A stretch of DNA of 64,000 bases from Patescibacteria group bacterium (GCA_041659045.1 JBAZZB010000001.1:198111-262110); one strand, 5' to 3'. Shown: positions 9,760 to 19,812, counted from the stretch's first letter. Notes: generated by a model not told the origin, from the letters alone. Made by a program: numbers and translations.

Positions 9760-11979
9760 ATGAAAGTCGTTTTTGCTACCGGCATTTTTCCCCCCGACAT
9801 TGGCGGCCCCGCCACCTCGGTTTCAGCGTTGGCTGAAGCCTGGAGCGCGCGCGGGCACCGGGTTACGGTTGTGACGTATTCAGAGCACGAATCTGACGGG
9901 ATTCGCTCCGCCTATTCCGTCGTTCGTATTCCTCGCGCTCAGGCAGCTTGGAAGCGTTATGTGAACTTCACTCGCGCTGTCTGGCGCGCTTCGGATGAAT
10001 CTGGTCCAATTTTTGCGCAGGACGCCATCGCTTCCGGCTTGCCGGCACTTTGTGTCGCGTGGCTGCGACGCCGCAAACTCATTCTGCGCATCGCTGGGGA
10101 TTTTGCCTGGGAACAGGCGCAGGTAAAATACGGCTACGGCGACTCGCTCGAAAAATTTCAAAACGACTCAAACGTTCCGTTCGTGCCGATGTTGTTGCGT
10201 GCCGTGCAGCGCTTCGTGTACCGACGCGCGGATATGGCGATCGCTCCGAGTCGATACCTTGCCGACGTCTTGCGCGGTTGGGGTGTTCCGGATCGCCGCA
10301 TTCGCATGATCAACAACGGTGTGCATCTGCCGGAGGCTGCAGCACAGCGTGGCAAGTTTCCACATCGCATCGTTGCCGCGGGACGTTTGGTGCCGTGGAA
10401 AAATTTTGACGTGCTGCTCAAAGCGCTGCCGCGCGTGCTCGAACGTTTCCCCGATGCGGAACTCTTTATCGCGGGCGATGGTCCCGAAATGATGCGTTTG
10501 CGCGCACTCGCGAGCGCACCCATGCTTGAACAGCGCGTGACGTTCGCGGGAAAAATGGAACGAGAAGCTCTTTGGAAGATGATTGGAGAAAGCGGCGTCT
10601 TTGCGCTCGTCAGTTCCTACGAGGGTTTTTCGCATCAACTCGTCGAAGCTTCGGCCTGTGGCGCGGCTGTTGTCGCGAGTCGGGCTGGAGGGAATACGGA
10701 ACTTATTGAAGACGGAAAGAACGGGCTCCTGGTCGAACCGGGGGACGCGAATGGTCTCGCCCAGGCCTTGATCCGTTATTTGGAAGACCCGTCGTTCGCC
10801 CGCGCCTGCGCGGACGAAGCCTTGAAAGATTCCGGGCGTTTTTCAATCGAGCGCCAAATTGCGGAAACGTCGGAAACCGTCCTTGGAAAGCCAGGGCTTC
10901 GCGTCGTGCTGGTGAGCCGCGATGGGACGGTCGTCGACTCGTCCTCGCGCACGGCCGCGCGCATGCGTGCGTACGGAGAACGTGTTGATCACTTGCGCGT
11001 CGTCAGTCTCGCCAAACAAGAACCAGCTTCGGTTGAGCTCTCCGCGCGCGTGCATGCCGATGTTATCGATGTGCGCGGCTACCCGCTGCCATGGAGTCTT
11101 GTTCGTCAGGTACGTGAAGCGATCGTGGCCGAGCAGGCGACGCTTGTTGTTGCGCAAGACCCGTTTGAAGCGGGAATCGTTGCTGCCGCGGCTTCTTACG
11201 CCGAGCAGGTTCCTTTTGTTGTCGAAGAGCATGGCGGGGTCTACCTGTCTGACCATTGGCGGCAGGAAACTTTAAAAAACAAGCTTCTTTTTCCCCTCGG
11301 ACTTCGCGTGCTCAAGCGCGCGTCGGGTATTCGCGTTGTGAGCGTGAAAATTGAGGAAGATTTGCATCAGCGCTTGCCCGCCGCTTCGATTACCAGAATC
11401 CCGGTCTATACCGAACCTCGGGTTTGTCGATCGAGCGCGCCCGCGCATGTGTTTGGCTACGTTGGACGTTTTGTGCCGCAAAAGAATCTGTTCGGACTTC
11501 TTGAGGCCTTCGCTATCGTCGCGAAAGCGCTTCCACAAGCGAAGCTTATTCTCGTGGGTGCTGGTCCGTTGGAGAATGCGCTACAGGCACGCTCGTTCGT
11601 GCTTGGAGTGTCAGGACGCATTGAATGGGTTGCGCACACGGAAAGCGTCGATGCCATTTATGAGCGCATCGGAACACTCGTACTTTCTTCGTGGTACGAA
11701 GGTTGGGCGCGTGTCGTGCCGGAGGCAATGTCGTGCGGCATACCAATTGTGATGACTAACGTCGGCTGCGCGAACGAGCTTCCGCGCAATGGTGTCGAAG
11801 GCTACGTTGTTCCGGTTGGAAACGACGAGGTTTTGGCCAAAGCGATGATCGATATCGTGCAATCCGGAAAACATGGCTTGATGGGGGCGGCCGCCAAACG
11901 ACGCGTTGAAACATCGCCGACGCCGCAAGAGCTCGGTGATCGCCTCGTTGATTTTTGGAAGCGACACGGTTCCGCCTAG
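9760..11979 (+). CDS. Tandem (double) GT4 glycosyltransferase
   Basis: Two complete GT-B units: AGRLVPWKN...SSYEGFSHQLVEA and VGRFVPQKN...SSWYEGWARVVPEA. Confidence 0.9.
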   Translation: MKVVFATGIFPPDIGGPATSVSALAEAWSARGHRVTVVTYSEHESDGIRSAYSVVRIPRAQAAWKRYVNFTRAVWRASDESGPIFAQDAIASGLPALCVAWLRRRKLILRIAGDFAWEQAQVKYGYGDSLEKFQNDSNVPFVPMLLRAVQRFVYRRADMAIAPSRYLADVLRGWGVPDRRIRMINNGVHLPEAAAQRGKFPHRIVAAGRLVPWKNFDVLLKALPRVLERFPDAELFIAGDGPEMMRLRALASAPMLEQRVTFAGKMEREALWKMIGESGVFALVSSYEGFSHQLVEASACGAAVVASRAGGNTELIEDGKNGLLVEPGDANGLAQALIRYLEDPSFARACADEALKDSGRFSIERQIAETSETVLGKPGLRVVLVSRDGTVVDSSSRTAARMRAYGERVDHLRVVSLAKQEPASVELSARVHADVIDVRGYPLPWSLVRQVREAIVAEQATLVVAQDPFEAGIVAAAASYAEQVPFVVEEHGGVYLSDHWRQETLKNKLLFPLGLRVLKRASGIRVVSVKIEEDLHQRLPAASITRIPVYTEPRVCRSSAPAHVFGYVGRFVPQKNLFGLLEAFAIVAKALPQAKLILVGAGPLENALQARSFVLGVSGRIEWVAHTESVDAIYERIGTLVLSSWYEGWARVVPEAMSCGIPIVMTNVGCANELPRNGVEGYVVPVGNDEVLAKAMIDIVQSGKHGLMGAAAKRRVETSPTPQELGDRLVDFWKRHGSA

Positions 11980-12968
11980 GCTTCTACGTCGTAGAAGCCT
12001 TTTTCGTTCTTTGAAAACTCGCGAATTTGTTCAAGAGGGCTCACGCAAAGGTCATTCGGTTTCAAGACAAAAGGAGCAATGTGCTCGTGGACGAGCAGGA
12101 GGCCACCGACGCAGCGCACGAGCCATTTTCCGTTTGGAAAGACTTCAAGAACAGTTCCGGCGCCTAACGTGGCTTGTCCATATTCGATCGTGTCCGTCTC
12201 AAAAATGGCAGCGCGCATGATCGTGACTTTTTCACCGCGTACGTACGTGAAAGCTCCGTTGAAAGGCGGTGCGACGGCGCGAATGAAGCGTTCGATCTCT
12301 ACGAGTCCGGTGCGCCAGTCGATCAGGCTGTCTTCGGGATTGCGTTTCGGATAGAACGTCGGCATTTCGTCGCTTTGTGCTTTCAGCGCAAAACTCCCAT
12401 CGCAAAGCGCGGCAAGATTTTTGGTGATGAGGCGTTTCATCGCCAAGGCGTTTTTGAAATGCATCGTTTCGGCGGTGTCTTCCGGACGGATCGTAAATTT
12501 GAACGTGTCCAGTACGGCGCCGGAATCGACGCCGGCATCGTAGCGAAAAAGATTGGTGTAAAACGCGTTGCGGCCTTCCAGAATCGACCAGTTCATGGGT
12601 GAACGGCCGCGTCCCTTCGGCAGGTTCTCGGCGCTGCCATGCATGCCGAAGGCTCCGATACAGATGAAATCGAGAACATCGGCGGGAATCAGGCGCTGCC
12701 AGCCGATCACGAATGCCAAGTCGAGTTTCATGCCACGGATCGCTTCGATGTCTTCCGCGTCTTTCAAGGTATAGCTGCGCGCGACGTAGCAGGGGATCCG
12801 GTTAGCTTCGGCGAAAGCGCGCAGATCTTCATAATCGGCAACCTCGTTTTTGGCAGCAAGCTCAGGGGAGATCGTAATGAGATGCTGGACGCCTCCCTGC
12901 GCCAAGAGCGCCTCGATCATGAAGCGCGTCGTTTGCTTGCAGCCGAAGATGGCAATCTTCGCGCTCAT
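11976..12968 (-). CDS. Fmt-like N-formyltransferase (probably acting on a sugar)
   Basis: IGWQRLIP, MHGSAENLPKGRGRSP, DAGVDSG, IDW...IRAVAPPFNGAFT; located in a glycan operon. Confidence 0.85.
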   Translation of the reverse strand: MSAKIAIFGCKQTTRFMIEALLAQGGVQHLITISPELAAKNEVADYEDLRAFAEANRIPCYVARSYTLKDAEDIEAIRGMKLDLAFVIGWQRLIPADVLDFICIGAFGMHGSAENLPKGRGRSPMNWSILEGRNAFYTNLFRYDAGVDSGAVLDTFKFTIRPEDTAETMHFKNALAMKRLITKNLAALCDGSFALKAQSDEMPTFYPKRNPEDSLIDWRTGLVEIERFIRAVAPPFNGAFTYVRGEKVTIMRAAIFETDTIEYGQATLGAGTVLEVFPNGKWLVRCVGGLLLVHEHIAPFVLKPNDLCVSPLEQIREFSKNEKGFYDVEA

Positions 12969-13672
12969 GAAGAAATGCGACTACGATACGGGATGCAATT
13001 GTCCGCGACATGCGTTTGGAAGCGGTTGGTGCGCTCGACGACGAAACGATCGAGGAGATCCACGTTGTCTTTGGTGTTCGAGAACATCCACCAGAGCGGA
13101 TGAATGAGGAGATGAATGGCTTTCGTTTGCTTCCATTCTTCCGTTTCGAAAGGGTGCCCGAAGCGAAACATGCCTTGGGAATCGGAAACGTATTTGATGT
13201 CTTTAAAGTATTTGTTCTGGTAGGTGTGCTCGACGCCGCAAAGAGGCGCGTCGCAGCTTTTTAAAAAATCGTTCGGACGATGGACGCTCATGACCGCGAC
13301 CGGCACGCCGAAATACGATTCAAAAAGCGTTTTCTCTTCAAGAAAGCCTTGCTCGATGTTCTCATAGTGCGTCGGATCGAAATGGATGCTGACGCGGTGT
13401 CCACGGGCATGAATCGAGCGAATGTATTCAGCGTTCGCTCGCGAAAACGGATTGTAGGAATCGGAACGCATCAGGAAAAAATACGTCGCTTTCACGCCGA
13501 GCGCGTCTTCCGCCAGCGACATATCGTGCGCCAGCTTCACGTCAAAATCGACGTCGTGACGCACAATCAGTTCTCCGGGGGCACCCGTTGCTTGATCGAA
13601 AAAAATCGGGCGATACCCGTTGAGGGTGAAGCCTTGGAGGAGTGCGGGATATTTTCCGAGATAGCTTTCCAT
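12965..13672 (-). CDS. Polysaccharide/sugar deacetylase-like protein (WbmS-like)
   Basis: IVRHDVDFD, KATYFF, SIHFD, SVHRP, YVSDS, LLIHPLWW; ATG at 13672. Confidence 0.75.
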   Translation of the reverse strand: MESYLGKYPALLQGFTLNGYRPIFFDQATGAPGELIVRHDVDFDVKLAHDMSLAEDALGVKATYFFLMRSDSYNPFSRANAEYIRSIHARGHRVSIHFDPTHYENIEQGFLEEKTLFESYFGVPVAVMSVHRPNDFLKSCDAPLCGVEHTYQNKYFKDIKYVSDSQGMFRFGHPFETEEWKQTKAIHLLIHPLWWMFSNTKDNVDLLDRFVVERTNRFQTHVADNCIPYRSRISS

Positions 13673-13676
13673 GTGT

Positions 13677-14702
13677 TCAGTGAATCGGCAGGCTGATGAC
13701 GTGCTTGGCCGCGAACTCGGAATGCGGGAGCAGCTTGTGCTTTCCGAACAATCCGATATACGCCTGCTGCCTGTATACCGGGGTTTCGTAATAGATTGCG
13801 GATGGAATGCCTTCGCGTTCCAATGCTTGGGCAAAGGCCTTGCGATTGCGGACAGTCAGCGTAAAGACGTTATAGGTATGCCCGGGCTGCTCAGGCATCG
13901 CAAGTACGTCCGGATGTTCACGAAATTTTTTGAACCACGTTTCGGCTTGAGAACGGCGGACGTCGAGATCTTCCTCCAGCCACGTCATTTTTTCAAGTAA
14001 AACCGCAGCTTGGATCGTGTCGAGTCGGCTGTTGCCGCCGATGATTTGGTGCACGTATTTTTTCGGCTGTCCGTGGTTCTTGAGCAGCTTAAAACGTTTC
14101 GCGACCGCCGATGAGCGAATGGTGACAGCGCCGCCGTCGCCAAAGCCGCCAAGATTCTTGGTTGGAAAAAAACTGAAACACCCGACATCGCCGAAAGTGC
14201 CCGTACGCTTGCCGTCGTGCTTCGCGCCATACGATTGAGCGCAGTCTTCAACGAGTTTCAGGCGGTATTTCTTGCAAAGGCGCACGATCGGCTTCATGTC
14301 GCAGGCGAGTCCATAGAGATGTACGACAAGTACGGCGCGCGTTCTCTTGGTCATCTTCTTTTCAATCTGCGCGGCATCAATATTGAATGTGCGCGGATCA
14401 ATGTCGACAAGAACGGGTTTCGCGCCGACGGTCGCAATCGCTTCAATGGTCGCGAAGTAGGTGAAAGCCGTCGTAATGACTTCATCGCCCGGTCCGATAC
14501 CGAGTGCCTTGAGACCGAGGGTAAGCGCGTCGGTGCCGGAGTTGCAGGTGATCGTCTCGACGCCAAAATAGTCCGTCATGCGGCGCTCGAGTTCGGTGGT
14601 TTCGGGGCCTCCGATAAATTGTTCAGACGCGACGACGCGTCCGATGCGCGCCAAGAGGCGATCGGTCCTCTCTTTGGAAAGTTTTTGCGAAAAGAATTTC
14701 AT
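13677..14702 (-). CDS. DegT/DnrJ/EryC1/StrS sugar aminotransferase (WbpE-like)
   Basis: NSGTDAL, VHLYG, EDCAQS, SFFPTKNLGGFGDGG, NSRLD. Confidence 0.93.
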   Translation of the reverse strand: MKFFSQKLSKERTDRLLARIGRVVASEQFIGGPETTELERRMTDYFGVETITCNSGTDALTLGLKALGIGPGDEVITTAFTYFATIEAIATVGAKPVLVDIDPRTFNIDAAQIEKKMTKRTRAVLVVHLYGLACDMKPIVRLCKKYRLKLVEDCAQSYGAKHDGKRTGTFGDVGCFSFFPTKNLGGFGDGGAVTIRSSAVAKRFKLLKNHGQPKKYVHQIIGGNSRLDTIQAAVLLEKMTWLEEDLDVRRSQAETWFKKFREHPDVLAMPEQPGHTYNVFTLTVRNRKAFAQALEREGIPSAIYYETPVYRQQAYIGLFGKHKLLPHSEFAAKHVISLPIH

Positions 14703-15430
14703 GCGGATGTGGGTCCATCGTAGGTAATTTCGTCGTCGCCGAGTCGGCGCGGACCGCGCACGGTTTCACGTTCCTCAATAATTTGCGCTAGGAGTCCTGG
14801 GAGGCGTGCCAGCGCAAAGATACCGCGCATCGGTTCGGGACCGAAGCCCATGTCGAGCAGAACGGCCGCCATAGCTCCGTCAACGTTGAGTGGTAGAGGT
14901 TTTTTCGCTTCGATGTTCAACGCAGATTCCACGCGTTCGGCGAATGCTGAATATGGACCGTAGACACCCAAGGTTTTGGCGTGCGCGAAGAGCGCTGCGC
15001 TGCGACGGTCCTTCGCGAGCAACTTGTGCCCGTATCCGGGCAAGCGGCGGCTGTTGGCACGGGCGCGAGAAACGACGCTGGTAGGATCCTCCTGAGCTTG
15101 CGCAAGGAAAAAACGGGCCGCATCCTCGATCGCACCGCCGTGGAGCGTGCCTTGTGCCAAGATGCCGGCGGCCAAGGCAACATGAGGATCGTTGCCGGAA
15201 GAAGCGACCGCGCGGGCAGTGATCGAAGAAACAGGCGCGGCGCCGTGATCGATCGCGGCGACAAGTACGGCTTCAAGCATGGCGGCTTGTTCTTTGGTCG
15301 GCCAACTTTCGCGCAACAAAAGCCACGTGACTTCCGTAAACGACCGCGTGCCGATCAAAGAGATCAGGTCGTGGCCGCGAAGGATCTCGCGTTCCTTGGT
15401 GACGTGAGAGATGCGTGTGTGGATCTTCAT
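14699..15430 (-). CDS. Citryl-CoA lyase (citrate-synthase-fold lyase module of ATP-citrate lyase)
   Basis: LRGHDL, IDHG, HGGAIEDAA, PGYGHK, LPLNVDGA (catalytic Asp), ARLPGL; 243 aa. Confidence 0.85.
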   Translation of the reverse strand: MKIHTRISHVTKEREILRGHDLISLIGTRSFTEVTWLLLRESWPTKEQAAMLEAVLVAAIDHGAAPVSSITARAVASSGNDPHVALAAGILAQGTLHGGAIEDAARFFLAQAQEDPTSVVSRARANSRRLPGYGHKLLAKDRRSAALFAHAKTLGVYGPYSAFAERVESALNIEAKKPLPLNVDGAMAAVLLDMGFGPEPMRGIFALARLPGLLAQIIEERETVRGPRRLGDDEITYDGPTSA

Positions 15431-16323
15431 GCGTGGACGGTCGGGTGAATCAATTCTACGAGATCTTCGAAGCGTTCGGCAACCAAGGCTCCGGCGTCCT
15501 GGAGCGCCGCCATTTTCTCACGAGCCGACTGTCCTTTGCCGACGATCGCACCGGCATGTCCGACAACGGTACCTGATGGAAGCGTTTCGGCGAAGGCTCC
15601 TCCGATATGCACTGCGAGCGGCTTCGTGAAGCCGCCGTCCTGCAGTAAGGACACGATTTCCCGTTCGTAATTCACGCCCTGTTCGGCGTAGATCACGACG
15701 GCTTTCGTGGTCGGGTCGGCTTCCATTTCCTTCAGCACGTCAGCGTAGGTCGTGCCGATCAAGAGTTCGCCTCCGACGTGGACAGCGGTGCTCTGTCCAA
15801 GACCGGCCTGGCGCACCAGCCAAGAAAGCTCGTTGGTCATGCCGCCCGAGCGCGAGATGACGCCGATCGGTCCAGGCGCGTAGATTTCATCGACCAAAGG
15901 CCCGCCGACGACTCCGAGGCGACCGATGCCAGGGACGAGGCAGCCGAGTGATCCGGGTCCGATAATCCGCGCGCCGCGTTCGCGCGCCGCAGCGAGGCAG
16001 TAGGCTGCGTCTTTGAGCGGCATTTTTTCCGTCATGACGTTCACGAGCGTAATGCCAGCTTCCAGCGCTTCAAGGATTGCGGCTTTTGCGGCGGCAGGCG
16101 GAACGTAGATTGCCGAGACAGTGGTTTCGGGAAAAGACGTAAGCGCGTCACGGACGGTTTCAAAAACTGGCGCGCCATCGGCGACGTGGCCGCCCTTGCC
16201 CGGCGTGACGCCGCATGGCACGCGCGTGTGATACGCCCGCATGGCCGTGAGTGCCCGCAAGCCCTCCTTACCGGTGATACCCTGGATCAACACCGAAGTG
16301 TTTTCCGTGAGCAAGATACTCAT
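15427..16323 (-). CDS. Citryl-CoA synthetase/ATP-citrate lyase alpha-type subunit (SucD-like fold)
   Basis: IQGITGKEG, GVTPGKGG, IIGP, ISRSGGMTNE, GHAGAI (phospho-His). Confidence 0.85.
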   Translation of the reverse strand: MSILLTENTSVLIQGITGKEGLRALTAMRAYHTRVPCGVTPGKGGHVADGAPVFETVRDALTSFPETTVSAIYVPPAAAKAAILEALEAGITLVNVMTEKMPLKDAAYCLAAARERGARIIGPGSLGCLVPGIGRLGVVGGPLVDEIYAPGPIGVISRSGGMTNELSWLVRQAGLGQSTAVHVGGELLIGTTYADVLKEMEADPTTKAVVIYAEQGVNYEREIVSLLQDGGFTKPLAVHIGGAFAETLPSGTVVGHAGAIVGKGQSAREKMAALQDAGALVAERFEDLVELIHPTVHA

Positions 16324-17390
16324 AGCATCAACGCTTTCATGCGCGCCACGGCATCGTTCATCGAGGTCTCTTTGCCAAAAAGTTCGATCTTCAAACCATT
16401 GCGTTCCGCGCAGGCGCGCAGGAGTTCAAGACCTTCGCGTTCACGCGGGCCAGCGCGGCGGACCACGATCGGATAGGAAGGCTTGAGGGCATCGAGCGCC
16501 TCGGCAAGACCCTCGAACGTTTCCTTGATGTCGGTGAAATTAGCGATGCCGCCGATGATCAGCGCGCCGCGCAGATCCGGCTTCGACAACACGAGCGTCG
16601 CGAGTTCGCGGACTTTTTCTTTCGGTGGGTTCCCGGAATATTCAGCGTAATTGGCCGCATGGAGTCCGGCACGCTGCATGGCATCCATGTTCACGAGGCT
16701 GGCGCCGCCGCCCGAAAAAAGCGTGGCGATGTCGCCGGAGAGCGGATGAAAGGACGCGCCGAAGGCCGAGTGATCATGCACGGCGTCATCGAGCGCGACT
16801 TTCGCATCGAGCGCCACGAGCGTGCCGTCAGCGCGCTCAGCAACGGGGTTCACTTCGATCTGCCTCGCATCTTCTTCAAAAAAAGCTTTAACGATTTTCT
16901 CGCAAAATTCCGGCAGTGCTTTGGCGATCAGGCCCAGCTCGCCGAAAATTGTCTCGAGCGAGCGGCGAGGATCGCGCGGATCAAGCGGAAAGGAACGAAC
17001 GTCGTCGCGCGTCTCGATGCCGGAGCCGCCATGTCTGCCGACGAGCAAAAGCGGACCGTGCACTGCGACATCGTAGACGCACGAGACGTACAGTTCTTGC
17101 GTCGAGACGATATGTTCCTCGAGAAGCGCGCTTGTCACGGGTTGGCCGTTCAGGCCGTCTTTCAACCAGCCGGACACGGCCTTTTCGACGTCGGAAACGG
17201 ATTCGCAAAAAACCACGCCGCCGTGCGCGGCGCGGTTCCCCGCGAGCACCTGCGCCTTGGCGACCCAGCAGCCACCGAGGCTCTTCGCGGCTGCTTCGAT
17301 CTCTTCGACGCGTGAAAGGAGGATTCCGGCAGGAATCGCGATGCCGTGCTTTGCGAGAAGCGCCTTACCTTCGTGCTCGTAGACGTTCAT
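16320..17390 (-). CDS. Citryl-CoA synthetase/ATP-citrate lyase beta-type subunit (ATP-grasp plus citrate-binding domain)
   Basis: [26 protein letters not shown], plus ACL-type motifs GGGAS, ANYAEYSGNP, GGIANFTD, VVRRAGP. Confidence 0.85.
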   Translation of the reverse strand: MNVYEHEGKALLAKHGIAIPAGILLSRVEEIEAAAKSLGGCWVAKAQVLAGNRAAHGGVVFCESVSDVEKAVSGWLKDGLNGQPVTSALLEEHIVSTQELYVSCVYDVAVHGPLLLVGRHGGSGIETRDDVRSFPLDPRDPRRSLETIFGELGLIAKALPEFCEKIVKAFFEEDARQIEVNPVAERADGTLVALDAKVALDDAVHDHSAFGASFHPLSGDIATLFSGGGASLVNMDAMQRAGLHAANYAEYSGNPPKEKVRELATLVLSKPDLRGALIIGGIANFTDIKETFEGLAEALDALKPSYPIVVRRAGPREREGLELLRACAERNGLKIELFGKETSMNDAVARMKALML

Positions 17391-18438
17391 ACTCTTCCTT
17401 CACGCGCCGCACGAGCTTTTTGAGATTGTGATGTTCAACGACGATCGAGCGCAGCGACTCTCCCATGCGCGCGCGGTCTTCGGCCGACAACGAGAGGCAG
17501 CTGTTGAGCTTTGCCGCAAAGTCCTCGGGACTCCATTCGTAGAAAAGGTACGGCAGCCACTCCCCGAGGTACTCGTTGAAGACGGGTGTGCAGACGAGTG
17601 TTGGAACGCCGCATGACATCGACTCAAGAAAATTCTTTCCGGCGCCGCCGCCGCGCTGCATGGCGACAAACGCCGCTGAACCGCACAAGTAGGGGAGAAT
17701 CTCCCGGTTCGGCACCGGGCCGACGAATTCAAATGCGTCCGACAATCCTGCCGCCGCGATGCGCTCTTTGAGACCGGCGACGTAGGTGACATCGGCATCG
17801 GTGAGTGGGCCGCCAATCATTTGCACAACGAAATCGCGTCGCCCGTAGTTGTTTCTCAACAACGTGCAGGCTTCGACCAGCAAATCGTATTCCTTAATAG
17901 GGGAGAGGCGACCGACGCTCAAAATAACTTTCCGTTCGGGGACGCGCGTCGGTACCGGGCAGCTGAAGAGATCGGGATCGACGCCGTGGCCGACCGCCAT
18001 AAACTTGGGTGAATCGCTGCCACGGAAGCTTTCCTTTGAAACAGAGACAACGCCGTTGCCAATCCAAAGTGCCATGAGCCGCAGCCAGCTGCCTCCTTTG
18101 TGCGCGAACCAGAGCAGTGTCGTTTTGCCCATGAGGCGCCAGAAGAGTCCGCCGAGCGTGACGTACTCCGAGTTCATGTGCACGAAAACGCAATCGTACT
18201 CCTTGCGCAGGCCGAAAATATATTTGTAGAAACGCCAAAGATACTGCAAGCGCGAGCGGTGTTCCTCTTTACCCAGCGAGTGCACGCGCACGTTCGCGGG
18301 AAGATCGTACGCGCCTTTTTTCAAACAGATTACCTCGACGGATTCGAAGACTTCCGCGAAGCGTCTGATCCATTGGTGGATGGCGCCGAGGACGTCGTCG
18401 TTCTTGTCGACAATTTGCGTGATGATCAGGAGCTTCAT
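17365..18438 (-). CDS. Glycosyltransferase family 4
   Basis: MKLLIITQ start (ATGA overlap), [19 protein letters not shown]. Confidence 0.88.
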   Translation of the reverse strand: MKLLIITQIVDKNDDVLGAIHQWIRRFAEVFESVEVICLKKGAYDLPANVRVHSLGKEEHRSRLQYLWRFYKYIFGLRKEYDCVFVHMNSEYVTLGGLFWRLMGKTTLLWFAHKGGSWLRLMALWIGNGVVSVSKESFRGSDSPKFMAVGHGVDPDLFSCPVPTRVPERKVILSVGRLSPIKEYDLLVEACTLLRNNYGRRDFVVQMIGGPLTDADVTYVAGLKERIAAAGLSDAFEFVGPVPNREILPYLCGSAAFVAMQRGGGAGKNFLESMSCGVPTLVCTPVFNEYLGEWLPYLFYEWSPEDFAAKLNSCLSLSAEDRARMGESLRSIVVEHHNLKKLVRRVKEEYERLRARR

Positions 18439-19025
18439 GCGAGTCGCACTATTCCGCTTTCGAGACGATAGGCCTTTTCGCAACGCGCACAGGATGCCGC
18501 ATTGTTCTCAAACGCGAGTCTTCCACCACATTCGCAAATCCAGCCGATCGGTTTGGCCGGCACGCCGACGACAATGGCGTAGTCGGGGACATCCTTCGTA
18601 ACAACGCAACCAGCGCCAATGAGCGCGTGCGCGCCAATCGTTGTGCCGCAAACAATCGTCGCGTTGGCACCGATCGAGGCGCCTGTCTTAAGTAGCGTCG
18701 GTGACCACGAGCCAAACTTCGGGTAGTCGCGCTTCGGATATTTGGCACGCGGCACGAGATCATTCGTGAACACAACGGAGGGGCCGACGAATACGAAATC
18801 CTCGAGTGTCACGAGATCCCAGACGTCGATATTCGCTTCAAGCTTCACACCGTTACCGAGTACGGCTTTGCCGAAAATCGTGCAGTTGTGGCCGATACCG
18901 CAGTTCTCTCCGATCCTGGCGCCGCTCACGACCTGGCTGTGACGCCAAATTTTGGTACCCGAACCGACCGACGCGTCATTGGCAACGTCGGCGGTTGGAT
19001 GGATCGTTACGCCGTCATGCGGCAT
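18435..19025 (-). CDS. Hexapeptide-repeat sugar N-acetyltransferase (WbpD/WlbB-like)
   Basis: [60 protein letters not shown]. Confidence 0.92.
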   Translation of the reverse strand: MPHDGVTIHPTADVANDASVGSGTKIWRHSQVVSGARIGENCGIGHNCTIFGKAVLGNGVKLEANIDVWDLVTLEDFVFVGPSVVFTNDLVPRAKYPKRDYPKFGSWSPTLLKTGASIGANATIVCGTTIGAHALIGAGCVVTKDVPDYAIVVGVPAKPIGWICECGGRLAFENNAASCARCEKAYRLESGIVRLA

Positions 19026-19812
19026 ACGCGGTATAGAGGGAATCGACGAGCTCGACGGAGGGCAATGTTTCGATCGGGCGCACGCCTTTGCCTTCGAGGA
19101 GGTCGAGATAGACGAGGCGGTGCAAGTTTTCGTACGACAAATTATCCTTCGACGAGAAATTGTAATCCTTGCCGTTCACGACGAAGCGGCGCTGCTGGTT
19201 GGCACGATCTCGATAGATGCCGACCGTCCAGGTGCAGCGGTAGCGCTCGCCTTCGATCACGCCCTTGCCAACCAAGTCGTTTAATTCCGTCGTCGTCACT
19301 TTCGTCGGCGCTCCGAAGATGTGTTGGAGCAGATCGAAATAATGGATGCCGATGTTGTAGAGGGGGCCGCCAGAGCGCCTGTTGTCGCCTTTCCACGTGC
19401 GGAAATATTTCTCGTCGCGATAGACGGAGATATTCATGTCGATCTCGAAGGTACCGCCAGCAGCGACCTGTGCGCGCAGTTCATGCACCATCGGATGATG
19501 ACGCAGCTGCATAACGGTGAACACCTTGTCGAAACCGGCGAGCGATTTGACCGATTCTGCGGAAATGCCGAGAGGCTTCTCACACAAAACAAGCTTGCCG
19601 GCCTCGGCCGCCATGCGCGCCATCGGCACGTGCAGGTCGTTCGGGCCGAGAATCACGATGCAGTCGGTTTTCGGGTTGTCCATCACGCCGGTTTTCCAGC
19701 GGTCTTCGCCGTACGCGGTATTCACCACGTCGATCAATTTTCCACCCAAAGCTTCAATCGCTTCGGCGTGTCGTGGCATGATGAAACCGGTTCCAATGAG
19801 GCTGAAGTTCAT
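19015..19812 (-). CDS. Gfo/Idh/MocA oxidoreductase (WbpB/WlbA-like UDP-sugar 3-dehydrogenase)
   Basis: [48 protein letters not shown]. Confidence 0.88.
   Translation of the reverse strand: MNFSLIGTGFIMPRHAEAIEALGGKLIDVVNTAYGEDRWKTGVMDNPKTDCIVILGPNDLHVPMARMAAEAGKLVLCEKPLGISAESVKSLAGFDKVFTVMQLRHHPMVHELRAQVAAGGTFEIDMNISVYRDEKYFRTWKGDNRRSGGPLYNIGIHYFDLLQHIFGAPTKVTTTELNDLVGKGVIEGERYRCTWTVGIYRDRANQQRRFVVNGKDYNFSSKDNLSYENLHRLVYLDLLEGKGVRPIETLPSVELVDSLYTAYAA

Noticed and set aside
11976-12968. Calling this gene fmt (initiator tRNA formyltransferase)
   Set aside because: It lacks the typical Fmt N-terminal GTP.FA and TQPD motifs and is coupled to sugar-modifying genes.
14699-17390. Annotation as sucC/sucD plus citrate synthase (TCA cycle)
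   Set aside because: The beta subunit has ACL citrate-binding motifs, the citrate-synthase-fold protein is the short lyase type, and no other TCA gene is nearby.
14699-17390. Evidence for reverse-TCA autotrophy
   Set aside because: No ferredoxin oxidoreductase, fumarate reductase or other rTCA gene in the window, and the context is a glycan operon.
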